Assembly (NCBI GenBank): GCA_013239625.1
Contig: MU054323.1
Location: 13,625,950 to 13,689,949 of the forward strand
Origin: Lama guanicoe
Taxonomy: Eukaryota
DNA: 64,000 bases
Reading direction: 5' to 3'
Notes under the pieces: generated by a model
What the model saw: the letters and a program-made list of their open reading frames with translations, nothing else
The model's database searches: none
What the model was told of the DNA's origin: nothing
Translations under genes and position numbers: made by a program
In this document: one piece after another, positions 1-12,552 of the stretch
How the letters are laid out: every line of letters begins with the position of its first letter
Numbering within the stretch: position 1 is the first letter of the stretch

Positions 1-1394
1 GAATATACAGCATAGCCCTTCACGTGGAGTGATACAATGCTATGCTATCCTTCCAATTCTTACAGAATTTATTAGCTTGATCTTAAATGCTATACTTCGT
101 ATCAGTTAGCATTCATTTAGCAGTATAATTTATACTTTAAACAGATATTTTAATTTTACACACGTGTTTCCATATTGGAGGCCCTCTTTACAAAAGTAAC
201 ACTTAGATTAGATTATTTTTCCTCTAGTAAATTGATCAGTATTTAGGAAGGGGGAGCATTCACAGATAGAAACCACAAGGAGGAGCTCTGAACTCGTTTA
301 AGCATCAGAATTTGAAGTTTTTATCTCAAGAATGTATCCATGGGGAATAGGATTATCTTTAAGCATAATTAGTTCCAAGGAAGAATTTTATCAGCTGGTC
401 TTTGAGCCTTTGGGGAATGGTAACATGTAAACACTTATTAAAATGTTGTGGTGGGAGGGGCACAATTCTGTATAAGTCAGATTAGACAGATGCAAATTAA
501 ACCAGAGGCTTCCTGCCTTTGGGATTATTTGTTCTTTGGTGGAAGATAGATGTCACATGGTGGATTCTCATCCACGTTAAGAGATGGTGAGGAAAGAGTA
601 TGGACATTTTTGTAGTTTATAAATAGCTCTGACAAATAGAGATATGAACAGTGTGGCTCTCAGAATCTATTATTTTTCTCAGGGCATCTTTAGGGGTAGT
701 AGGGAAAGTGATTGAGTTCTGTTTCCATATATTGTAAATTCTCATATCATGAAAGCTTGAATTAAAGTGTGTTGTGGAATGTCTTGTACAAGTATAAATA
801 AATCGATAAACAGTGTATTGTTAACAGATGAGACAAAGCAATAGAAATGAAAGCTTATAAAGTACATTGATTTGTGGACTTTGTTTTTTGGATTCTATTT
901 TTAATCTATTTAAAGCCACCCAGTCTCTTGAGCCAGTGGAGAAATGAAGAGTGAGTGTCATATCGAGTCAGAAGTATGTTGGGACAATGTCTGGTGAAAC
1001 TTGAAGGATGGAATCATTCCTGTGATCTTTCTTCTTGGTTCTCCAGCCTGGCTTTGAGATAAGGAATACATACTTTATAAAAATTGGCAAGCTCTATCTG
1101 GTATGGCTAAATACTCAACACTTGGTTGGTTCTACATAGCCAGAGAGTTTGGGTGACTTTTTTTTTTTTTTTAACCCTTGTTGTAAGGTTAGTAGAAGTG
1201 AATTGGGAAGGAGTGGTATGGTTTGACTTTGGTACTTCCAAAAAAAACCAAAGGAAGGTTGGGTTAGACTCAGAGTGTGTAAAACCAAACAGGTCTTTCC
1301 TGGCAAAATAACAGCACTTATTACCATATTACCATTTCTTTGCCTTGCTTTTATTTTTCACCAGCTGGTCTTGTGTTGTGTGCTTATTTGCTTT

Positions 1395-1525
1395 TAATCG
1401 GTTACCCCCACTGAAATGTAAATATTATCCTGAGGACAGGTGTTGGGTTTGTTCTTGAGTTTATCCTCAGAGTGTAGAACTGTGCCTGGCACAGAGTAAG
1501 TCACGCAATAATTATTTGGGAAGTT
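1395..1525 (+). mobile_element. L2 3' end relic
   Basis: ccccactgaaatgtaaa...tgaggacagg...agaactgtgcctggcacagagtaagtcacgcaataattatttg resembles the L2 3' terminal consensus; heavily diverged, boundaries approximate. Confidence 0.55.
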
Positions 1526-1724
1526 TTTAAATCAACAAATCTGTAATGTGTGGTTTACTCTGTCATCTTTTAAAATCATGTTTTTAATCATCTTTTGATT
1601 TGAGATCAAAATCAGGATATTGTAGTGTAATGCTGTTCCTACTTTGATATTGGGAAATAGGGAAATTCTCGATGTTAACTAGACTGATAATTAAGGTTTC
1701 CTCTACTGAGGGAGTCTCCTATAC

Positions 1725-1855
1725 CTCCGTATTCAAAGTGGGGACCTGCAGATTAGTAGCACCAGCAGGCCGCAGCGCAGAACGACTGAATCAGAATCTG
1801 CATTTTTACAAAATGCCAGCCAATTTGTGTATATATTAAAATTTGAATGGGTGAC
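1725..1855. mobile_element. MER5A-like hAT DNA transposon relic
   Basis: actgaatcagaatctgcatttttacaaaatgcc...ttaaaatttga matches the MER5A/B core motif. Confidence 0.55.
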
Positions 1856-2365
1856 TCCAAAGAATTGAGACTTTAACCAGGCATGTGACTAGATTAGAAA
1901 GTCTCATTTCCTCCTTCAGAACAAAGCAAAAGAAGAAAGGAGGCTGCAAACGGGATGAAATGGAATGTTTTGCAGTGTCCTTTACTCTTTCTGCCTTTAT
2001 ATCCTTCTAAATACTTCTACATAAACTCCTTTCAACTGTAAATCTTTGCTGGTACTTTTCTTTTCCACCTTAAATTTTTTCTAGCTCTCTTACATTGTTA
2101 TAGTTTCACTTAGTATGTCAGTAAGCAAATAGAGTGTTTTATATTTCACATGTGAATGCACTTTATTTAAATACTGGCTTGTCCTAAAGATCTTACCCTT
2201 TGTGTATAAATATTTTTTTCCTCAGCTTTCTTAGATGTCAAGAAAAGGTCCAGGTTATAAATGAGATCTATCCGTCAAGCAGTATGGAATATTTTACAAA
2301 GGACCCTTTTTGTCTTTGGACCATTGCTTACAGCAGTGCCCCCTTTGGCCTGGGATCTCTTCTTC

Positions 2366-2536
2366 TTCTTCTTTTTTTTTTTTTTAACATTTTTTATTGA
2401 TTTATAATCATTTTACAATGTTGTGTCAAATTCCAGTGTTCAGCACAATTTTTCAGTCATTCATGGACATATACACACTCATTGTCACATTTTTTTCTCT
2501 GTGAGTTATCATAACATTTTGTGTATATTTCCCTGT
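2366..2536 (-). mobile_element. 5'-truncated young L1 (3'UTR terminus only, ~170 bp)
   Basis: Perfect 15-bp TSD TGGGATCTCTTCTTC at 2351-2365 and 2537-2551; T-rich tail; tttatt signal at ~2393-2398; 2485-2536 nearly identical to the 3'UTR of the full-length L1 at ~29757-29806. Confidence 0.9.
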
Positions 2537-4525
2537 TGGGATCTCTTCTTCAGTGGCTTTTCAAGCATTAACTGAGAGTGCTTGAGTGAGAGTTATGCTC
2601 AGAAACTAGGCCCTGTGTATTTTAATAAACATTACACGACCTATATTCTGAGGGACGGTTATCTTCTAATGAATATAATTGAGAGTCAGATAGAAGGTCA
2701 CTCTTAGAAATTGGGGACAGGAAGATGCCAATAGTGGTTTGATTGTTGTTGGTGGTGGTTTATTTTTTTTTTTAATACAAATGTCCTGGATCAACATCCT
2801 AAGATTTTTTTCTGTTAAGTGTTAATACATCAAATAATCTTCCTTCCTCCAATTCTACCATCTTGTTTCCACTTTGGAATTGTTTCCTTGACGAAAGAAA
2901 GTCTACCTTGAATTTCCCTTTGTGGAGTATCTAGCACAGTATTGCATACTTCATAGTGCTCTATATAGATTCATGATTTGAAATTTGAGAAATGAAAGAA
3001 TCAGCTGCAAATAGAAAGAATTATGAGTAAGCAAAAGACCTATTAAGACAAATAAGGCATGCATTTAGTAGACAGAAACACAAATTGAAAGGGTTGTTTA
3101 TGAAGTTTTCTATGGGTATTTTAAAGCTACATGAATCATTATAATAAGCAATAATTTGAAAAGTTTTACATGGTGTAGCCAAAATATCTTTTCATACGGA
3201 TTCGGGTTTAACTATAGGACTGGTGTCTGTTTTGTCTTGGAAGCTATATTTATGTATTCATCTAGGTATAAATTCTTAATGCCAAGATAGCATTATTTTG
3301 CTTTATTCATATTCTCTAGTGATGATCATACCATCTTTCCTCAGCTGAGTAACAAAGACCAATTTCTTTATTCTGTCTTGAAAGGTGATATGAAATGAAC
3401 TCAAACTCCTTTTGTTTGTCTGTATCCAGTGCTGAACTAGTCTAGTGAATAATCTAAAGTCAGGACAGACTTTATTTTCTAGCTCTTGGTGGTGCTGACA
3501 CACATAGAAACATAGTGCTTAATACTTTACAAGTTTAAGAGGATACTGTATAGAATATATCCTCACAAAAATAGGTTATACAAGTATGTAGTAAATTAAA
3601 CAATGCTGACATGAATGTGAAAAGATAGAGATAGGCAACATCAAACTGTTATGCTTACTGCTGTAGTTTATTTTTGAACTGATGCAAAATGTAAAGTACC
3701 CAATGTTCGTATCATTGGATTTTATCCTATTAAAATTTCCCCCCCTCAGTTTCATCAGGCCCTTAGGAATGTTCCAGTTTAACCCTGCATATGCTTACTA
3801 TTTATGTATGTTATATATAATTATAGATGCAAAGTTTGATCCAAGTTTTTAATAAAAAGCAAGTCCCAAAGCTATAGCAGAGGAAAGGCTATTTGAATTT
3901 AGTTTTTCCTTTTCCTCTTGCTTTCTATATTTACTTTTTCACTGCTGAGAAATAAGAAAGATAAAAAACAAGTGTGTTTGAATTGCTTTTCCCTACCTGC
4001 TATAGTAAAATCAAAAACCAAAATATCAGGGATCATTAAGAGATGACAAGGATTGGTAGCTCGTACACCAAAAAGAATAGGAGAGGGCTTATTGATGTAA
4101 CTTAAGGTCAGGAAGGAGAGAGATGATTTTTTTTAATATAATGTGATGTAGGAGATCACTTCCAGATTAGTGGGGTAACAACCCTTCAAAATCCACTCCT
4201 CTATAAAAAAAAGGAGGACATTGACAAAAATTGTCAAAATCAACATTTCCAGAACTCTGAACGTTAATCAAAGGCTTGTAATATTTCAGGACCACTTTTT
4301 TAAGAAAAATGTTTAAGTCTTGGTAAGAATAGTGAGCTTTGTGGTGTTTTAATTTGCCTTGTCCCATCCCCCTCTTACCAGCCTTAAAATCGTGGAAGCC
4401 AAGAAAATCAGCAGCCTAGTAGCTACTGAGAGGCAGAACAGGTTTGAAAATTCTTAAAAAGTCCCATTCCCAGACAATTGTCATTATTTGGCTTATCAGT
4501 TCCCTGGAAATCTCTTTGGAAGAAC

Positions 4526-5226
4526 TTTTTTTTAAAAATTGAAATATAGTTGATTTATAGCATTGTGTTTCTGGTGTACAGTGTGGCGATTCAGTATACA
4601 CACACACACAAACGTATATACTTTTTCATGTTCTTTTTCATTATAGGTTATTACAGGATATTGAATCTAGTTCTCTGTGGTATAGTAAGACCTTTTTTCT
4701 TATTTATTTTATATATAGTAGTTGGTATCTGCTAATCCCTAACTCTAAATTTATCCTTTCCCATCTTCCCTTTTGGTAACTATAAGTTTGTTTTCTATGT
4801 ATGTGAGTCTTTTCCTGTTTTGTAAATAAGTTAGTATATATCATTTTTTTTGATTCCAAAAATAAGTGACATCATATGAATTTTTTTCTCTATCTGACTT
4901 ACTTCATTTAGTATGATAATCTCTAGGTCCATCCATGTTGCTGCTATTTGCATTACTTCATTCTTTTTAATGACTGTGTAGTAGTCTTCTACACCCCATC
5001 CCCACGTATGTACCATATCTTCTTTATCCATTCATCTATAGATGGATATTTAGGTTGCTTTCATGTTTTGGCTATTGTAAATAGTGCTGCTATGAACATT
5101 GGAGTGCATTTGTCTTTTTGAGTTAGAGTTTTCTCTGGATATATGCCCAGGAGTGGGATTGCTGGATCATATGGTAACTCTGTTTTTATTTTTTAAAGGA
5201 ATCTCCATACTGTTTTCCATAGTGGC
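4526..5226 (-). mobile_element. 5'-truncated L1 (ORF2 C-terminus + 3'UTR) inserted in the ancient L1
   Basis: T tail at 4526; ORF 4831-5031 encodes AATWMDLEIIILNEVSQ (ORF2 C-terminus); only a degenerate TSD (ttggaagaac / ttgcagaac). Confidence 0.85.
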
Positions 5227-7268
5227 TTGCAGAACCTGTCTTTATTTGACCTGACTGGCTTAGTGCTAACAGCCTTTTTGCCTTGAAGCATTTGTCAAAA
5301 ATAATCAGTGGCATTTATTTAGAATTACAGCTGTCTGATGTAGTGATAATATTTGGCCCACACAGGAAGCTGGCCAAAAACTTAAAAGGAAAAAGTAGGT
5401 AATGAGATGTTCATAGGGGTTTTTGAAAAGCTCTGACATATTCCTGGGGATCTAGAAGGCCACACAAATGCAAAGCTGTATGCATGTCTAGGAATAATCT
5501 GAGAAAGCTCTTCTATTTCACTTGTGGCTGACCTGAAATTCTGCTCAAGGAGGAAGTGAAGACTAAGGTAGTGTAGTAAATTACCTGCATGATGTTGAAG
5601 GAGTAACTCACATAGAACCCCTTGGCAAATGCTTGGAGACTTATTGGTTCAATACATTTAAGTAAATCTCCATCCAGTTGTTAGTTGATTTAAAGCTAAC
5701 TGAGCAAAGACATCAGTGTCCACACATGACAAAGAATATAGATTTTATAGAATTAGTCCAGGAAACTGATTAAACAAACAGCAACAACAAAAAAAATCCT
5801 TGGAGACGAGATCTGATTTCCAGAGTTTCCATATTATATTATTTAAAATATTTAGTTTTTGCCATAATATATTATTTGAAGATGTGCAAAAAAAGAGAGA
5901 AAAGTATGGCTCATGCACAGGGGTGAAAAAAAGAAGTCAATACGTAACTGATCCTGAGGAAGCCCCCACATTACTAGAACACCATAAATTACTAGACAGA
6001 GTTTAAATAAGTTATAAACATGTTCAAAGCACTAAAGGAGACCATGTCTACAGAATTAAAAGTATAGGAGCAATGTCTCATCAAATAGAGAATAGCAATA
6101 AAAAGAAATTAGAAAAAAGAATCCAATAGAATATCTGGAGTTGAAAAGTACAATAACTGAAATGAAAAAATTTACTTGAGCTCAAAAGCCAATTTGAACT
6201 AGCAGAAGAAAGAATCAGAATTTGGAGATAGGTCAAGTGAGATTTTATAGTCTTGACAAACAGAAAGAAAAAAAGAATAAGTAGATACTTAGTGATATGG
6301 GGAGACCATGATGTATATTATCAAATGCGTAATAGGAGTACCAGGAGAGGAGAGAGAAAAAAGGGCTGAAAGAATATTTGGGGAAATAATGTCCAAAACT
6401 TCAAAATAAGATGAAAATAATTAAGCTACATATCTGAGAAGCTTAGCAAGGTCCAAATGGAGTAAATTCAAAGAGATCCACATTAGATACATCCTGTTGA
6501 AACCGATAGAACTGTTGAAAGCCAAAGACTACTGAAAGCAGTGAGAGAAGCAACTAATCACATATAAGGGGTGTTTAATATGAATAATAGCTGGTTTCTT
6601 AGAAGAAACCAGGGAGGCCAGGAGGCAATGGTATAACATATTCAAAGTGGTGAAAGAAATACTGAGAGAATTTGTTGCTAGTAGGCCTATCGTACAAAAA
6701 ATGCTAAGGGGAATCCTTTATGTGAAATGAAAGGACCCTGGAAAGTAAGTTGAATCCACATGAAGAAATAAAGACCACTGGTAAGGGAAATAAAGATTAG
6801 AGTAGAAACAGATGGGTAGAGAATAGAAACATTCTAGAGAAATCAATGAAACTGAATTTTTTTTGAAGACCAAAAAAACTGACAAACCTCTAGCTAGATT
6901 GACCAAGAAGAAGAAAATCAAACTCAAATTACTAAAACCAGAAGTGAAAGAGATGTCGCTACTGACCTTAAGGAAATGAAAGGATTATAAGGAAATACAT
7001 AAATGACTATATCCCAACAAATTAGGTAACTTAGATGAAAGGGACAGATTCCTAAAAACACACAAATTACTGAACTGACTCAAGAAGAAGTAGAAAATTG
7101 GAGAAGACCTGTAACAAGTAAAGAGATTAGCTATATAATTTAAAAATTTTCCACAAAGATAAGTTCAGGCCCAGGTGGCTTCACTGGTGAATTCTACCAA
7201 ATGTTTAAAAAAGAGTGAATACCACTCTTTCACAAATTCTTCCAAAATGTAGAAGAGGTAACGGTTTC

Positions 7269-7556
7269 TGTGGCAGGCTAAAAATAACCCCCCAAAAGAT
7301 ATTCATGTTCTAATATAAATGTTACCTTTTGGGCAAAGTCAAAGAATGCTGCCAAGCCACAAGAAGCTGGAAGAGGTAGGGAGTGGATTCTCCTTTAGAG
7401 TCTCTGGAGTGAGCATAGCCTGCCAACATCTTGATTTGAGCTCAGTAAAACTGATTTTCGACTTTTGGCCTCCAAAAATATAGGAGAATAAATTTTTGTT
7501 GTTTTAAGCCACTTTCTTGTGGTAATGTTTTAGAGCAGCTGTAGGAAACCAGTACA
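7269..7556 (+). mobile_element. MLT1 (MaLR) solo LTR, internally deleted
   Basis: TG...CA ends; tgtggcaggctaaaaataaccccccaaaagatattcatg start; aataaatttttgttgttttaagccac...gtaggaaaccagtaca end; interrupts L1 ORF2. Confidence 0.8.
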
Positions 7557-7706
7557 CTTCCCACCTCATTGTATTAGGCTAGTATTACCTTGATGCCAAA
7601 ACTAGTCAAAGATGTGGAAAGAAAGAAAACTTAAGAGTGATATCCCATATAGATACAGATATAAAAATTCTCAACAAAATACTAGCAAATTGAATCCAGC
7701 AATACT

Positions 7707-7760
7707 AAAAAAAAAAAAAAAAAAAAAATTAAACCCACAAAAAAAAAAAAAAAAAAAAAA
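7707..7760 (+). repeat. A22-TTAAACCCAC-A22 poly(A) tract inside old L1 ORF2
   Basis: Two pure 22-nt A runs (7707-7728, 7739-7760) counted from the sequence. Confidence 0.9.
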
Positions 7761-8156
7761 GAATAGTTATACAACATGACCAAGAAGGTTTATCTCAGGA
7801 ATGCAAGGTTGGTTTAGTATCTGAAATCAGTGAATTACAATATATTAATAGAATAAAGAACAAAAATCACTAAGCATCTCAGTAGATGGAGAAAAGCAAT
7901 ATGACAAAATCTTGTACTCTTTAATGATTTAAAAAAATTCAGGAAACTAAGATTAAAGGGGAACTTCCTCAACTGGATAAAGGGTAACTCTAAAGAACCC
8001 ACAGTTATCATCATATTTAATGGTAAAATGTTGAATACTTTCCCCGTATGGTGTTAAGCAAGACAAGAATGCCTGCTCTTGTCACTTCAGTTCAACATTG
8101 GACTGGATGTTCTAGGCAGGGTAATGAGGCAAGAAAAAGAAATAAAAGACAACCAG

Positions 8157-8795
8157 CCTTTTGGCTGGAACTGCCATCATCCAGTTAATTTGCCAAAATG
8201 ACGATGACTAACACAGAGAGAAAGAGGAGAGGCACCCATTGTATGTTCTCTAGGCTTTTTACAAAATATGGTGTTATTCCTTTGGCCACATACATGTGAA
8301 TCTACAGTAAGGGTGATATTGTAGACATCACAATGGGCACTATTCAAAAAGGGATGCCCCATAAATGTTATTGTGGCAAAACTGGAAGAATCTACAGTGT
8401 TTCCATCATGCTGTTGGCACTGTAAAAGAACAAGTTAAGGGCAAGATTCTTGCCAAGATAATTAGTGTACATATTGAGCATATGAAGTATTCTAAGAGCT
8501 GAAGTAGCTTCTTAGAACATGTGAAGGAGAATGATCAGGAAAAGAAGGAAGGCAAAGAGAAACGTAATTGGGTTCAACTGAAGCAACAGCTGGCTCCATT
8601 CAGAGAAGCACACTTTGAGAACCAACAGAATGGAACCAGAGCTGCTGGAACCCATTCCCTATAAATTCATGGCATGGTAAGTCTAAAAAAATAAAAGATC
8701 TCTGGATTGTAAAAGTTTTTCTCTTCAGTAGAAGTATGAGTATCCCCTCCCCCAAAGAAATATTTAAAGCAAACTTTGTGTCCTAAAAATGAATG
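8157..8795 (+). pseudogene. RPL21: Processed pseudogene of 60S ribosomal protein L21
   Basis: Intronless; pyrimidine-led 5'UTR ccttttggctggaactgccatc; ATG at 8198; recognisable RPL21 motifs ([46 protein letters not shown]); premature stops and frameshifts; degenerate TSD aataaaagacaaccag (8141-8156) / aataaatctcatccag (8796-8811) within L1 ORF2. Confidence 0.95.
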
Positions 8796-9545
8796 AATAA
8801 ATCTCATCCAGATTGGAAATGAAGAAATAAAGCTATCTCTATTTGCAGGTTACGTGGTTTGTATATAGAAAATCCTAAGGATTCTATTAAAAAACTGTCA
8901 TAGCTAATAAAATTAGCGAGGTTGCAAGATACAATATCAGTATACAAAAATCAGTTGTATTTCTACATGTTAGCAATGAGTAATATCAAAATGAAATTAA
9001 GAAAACAGTTAAATTTACAACAGCATAAAAAAAAAGTACTTGGGAATAAATTTAACAAAGAAGTGCAAGACTTGTGCACTGATAACTATAAAAAGATTGA
9101 AGAGAACTTAGAGAGACTAAATATTGGAAAGACATCCTGTATTCATAGATTGGAAGGCTTGGTATTGTTAAGATGGCAGTACTTCCTAAATTGATCTCTG
9201 TAGATCATTCAGTGCATTCCCTAACAAAATACTAGTTTCCTTTTTTTGGAGAAACTGACAAGCTGATCCTAAAATTCATGTGGAAATCTGAGGGACCCAG
9301 AATAACAAAAACAATTTTGAAAAAGAATGAAGTTGGGGAACTCCCACTTCTTAATTTCAAAACTTACTACAAAGCTTAATGTCAAAACTTACTACAGTGC
9401 TATGTAATGAAGACAGTATGTTGCTGGCAGTAGGATAGACATACAGATTATTGCAATAGATTTGAGAATCTAGAAATAAACTCTTACTTTTATGGTCATG
9501 TATTGACAAGGGCACCAATAAAACTCAGTGATAGAATGAATATTC

Positions 9546-9679
9546 CTTTTTTCGGGGGGTGAGTCGGGGTAGGGAGGTAACTAGGTTTATTTACTTACTT
9601 TTAATCGAGGTACTGGGAGTTGAACCCAGGATCTCATGTATGCTAAGCATGTACACTATCACTGAGCTTTACCCTCCCC
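9546..9679 (-). mobile_element. tRNA-derived SINE (camelid vic-1-like)
   Basis: Reverse complement GGGGAGGGTAAAGCTCAGTGATAG...CCTGGGTTCAACTCCCAGTACC with A/B boxes; 15-bp TSD atagaatgaatattc (9531-9545) / atagaaagaatattc (9680-9694). Confidence 0.88.
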
Positions 9680-12095
9680 ATAGAAAGAATATTCTTTAAT
9701 AAATGGTACTGGGACAACTGGATATCCATATGGCAAAAGAATGACTTTGGACTCCTACACTACACTATATACTAAATTTAACTCCAAATGGATCAAAGTC
9801 CTAAATGTAAGAGCTAAAAGTATAAGTCTTAGAAGAAATCATGTGAGTAAATCTTTATGTCTTTGAATTAAGTGATGATTTCTTATGTATGACACCAAAA
9901 GCACCACAAAAGAAAAAAAATAGATTTAATTTCAACATAAACACTTCTGTGCTTCAGAGAAACACCATCAAGAAATTAAAAAGATAACCCAAAGAATGGG
10001 TGAAAATATTTGCTAAGAATATATTCAATAGAGGGACTAGAATCCAGAGTATAAATTTATCTCCTACAACCTAAAATAAAATGACAAATAATCCAAGTAA
10101 AAAATTAGTGATTTGAATAGATATTTTTGCAGAGAGTAAATACAAATATCCAATAAGATCATGAGAAGGTGCTTATTGTCATTAGGGAAATGCAAAATCT
10201 CAATGAGATATCACTTGTCACTAGAATGTCTATAATAGTAATAATTTAGAAAGGAAAATAATAAGCATTGACAAAGATGCGGAGAAATTAAAGCCCTCAT
10301 GTCGTTAGCTGTATCATTTTATAATCACGCTATTTTGGAAAACAGTCTGGGAAGTCTTCAAAATGTTAAATTTAGAGTTAACACTTGAGGCAGCAGTCTA
10401 CCCCTAGGTATATATCTGAGAATTGGAAACATATGTCCACAGTAAAGCCTGTATACTAATGTTCACAGCAACATTACTCATAATGCCCGAAAAGTATAAA
10501 CAACTCCTATCCATAAATTGATGAGTGGATAAACAAAATGTGGTAAATCTGTTCAGTGGAATTATTTGGCAATAACAAGGAATAAAGCATTGATACATGC
10601 TATGTCATGGATGAACCTTGAAAACATTATACTTAATGAAAAAAGCTAATCACAAAAGAGTACATATTGTATCATTCCATTTATATGAAATGTCCAAAAT
10701 AGGCAAATTCATTGAGACCAAAAGTAGAATAGTAGTTGCTTGGGGCTAGAATAGAGTGAAATGAGGAGAGACTGCTAATGGGTGCAAAATTTTTTTTTAT
10801 GGTGTTGAAATGTTCTGAGATTAGATATTGGTAATGATTGCACAACTCTGTGAATGTACTTTAAAAGGGTGAATTTTATATGAATTATATCTCTAAGGTT
10901 GTTATATTAAAATGTATATAATATCTAAATTTTATACTAGGAGGGTGATAACTAACTTTGATATAGACCAAGTGAGGGATATGGGCAAGGATTCTTACAG
11001 TATTAGATAGCATAGAAACAAAAACTATCCAAATGTCTAAATTATTCAGAAATAATCAAAAAATACTAAAGAGAAAAGGAAAAACAAAATGCCGCTTCAG
11101 GGTTTCTTATTCCCTTACTTATTGCCAGAACTCAGCATTTCCTTCTACCCAGTAGCACAAACTTGTACAAATTGTCTTGTGTAATACAATACTTATAAGA
11201 TGAATATTCAACCTGTTGCTATTCACATACACTAACCCTATGCTCTCCATATTATTAACTGTTCTTTACACACATAGAGTCAATCTCAAGACTTATGAAA
11301 GAGAACTTCTTTTTCTCTGAATTATTATGCTTAGGAAATATTTTGGAAGTTTAAACAATATGTCAGAATATTTTATAGTTACTTTAGTTGGGAAACATAA
11401 CTAGATTTTTAAAAAAAGGATAATTTCCTTTTCTAAATTCTAATTTACATCAGTTAGTGTTCAATGAGAAGAATAGAAATTACCCTAGATGTCTGCAGGT
11501 TTTTCGAGGAAAAAAATATTTTTTTTCCCCCAGGGAATTAGGTGCTTGCAAAATTGTAGGAAAGGCCAGAGAAGAGAAGGAGGAAGTGGGGAGGTGTTCC
11601 CAGAAATCAGAGAATTGTAGTCAGCTGCTGCCTACATTCCAGCTGAAGCCTGATAGTAGACCATAAAGCCATGAAGTAAGCTGTTACTGATGCCATTGCT
11701 GCAGAAGTCTGGACTGCTGTATGAGAAAGAGTAGATTCTGCCTCCTCCTCGCCTTCCAGATCTCACGTAAGTGCTTCTGTTTGATGGAATCTCAGTCGAT
11801 ATCCTACTGGAAAGACATTCTGGGAAATGTAGTTCCCAAACTTCTAGCCCTTGCAGTACCAAGAGAGTATGTACAAAAGAGTGCTGGAATGTTATTGAGT
11901 CATAGCCAGTGTAACATCCCTTTAGGAATCAAAGCACTGGTCAAAATGAACTTTGCGCAAATGATGTTTAGATTTAGAAGTTGACCTTTGTTCTTTAAAA
12001 TACTAGAGAATTTACTACTACATATTTGTCTATTTTTCTATTTTACCTTTCTTATGTCTCAGGCTGCCTAACATTAAGTTAAAACCAAACATATT

Positions 12096-12552
12096 TGTCT
12101 TAGTGTCTCCTCTCTGCTTTAACAAATTGCCACAAACCCAGTGGCTTCAAACAACACAGGTTTGTTCTCTTACCATTCTGGAGGCATATGTCTAAAATCA
12201 TTCAAAAGTCAGTGTCAGCAGGGCTGGTTTTTTTGGAAGGCTATCAGGGGAATGCATTTCCTTGCCTTTTCTAGCTTCTGGAGGTTGCCTGTTCTTTTAC
12301 TGACACTTTCCTTAGATCACTCTAGTCTCTTGTTTCCATCATCACATCTCCTCTTCTGTCATCAAATCTCTCTCTGCCCTCTCCTATAAGGATACCTGAG
12401 ATTATGTTTAGAGCTTAACTAGAAAATTCAGGATAATCCCCATCACAAGAATCTTCCATCTGTAAAGTTTCTTCTGCCACAGAAGGAAACATTCACAGGC
12501 TCCAGGGATTAGGTCCTGGATATCTTTGGGGGCCATTGTTCAGCCTACTGCA
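12096..12552 (-). mobile_element. MLT1 (MaLR) solo LTR
   Basis: TG...CA ends, 5-bp TSD atatt/gtatt, diagnostic aacaaattgccacaaacccagtggcttcaaacaacac and gggccattgttcagcctact. Confidence 0.85.

Larger units (their letters stand above)
4160..10915 (+). mobile_element. Ancient decayed L1 (L1M/L1MB-like) hosting later insertions
   Basis: ORF1-like remnants ~5800-6660; internal deletion; ORF2 remnants ~6830-10400 (ggcccaggtggcttcactggtgaattctaccaa; ctatctctatttgcaggttacgtg in the FADD region); L1MB-type 3'UTR ~10400-10910; many stops and frameshifts. Confidence 0.8.
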
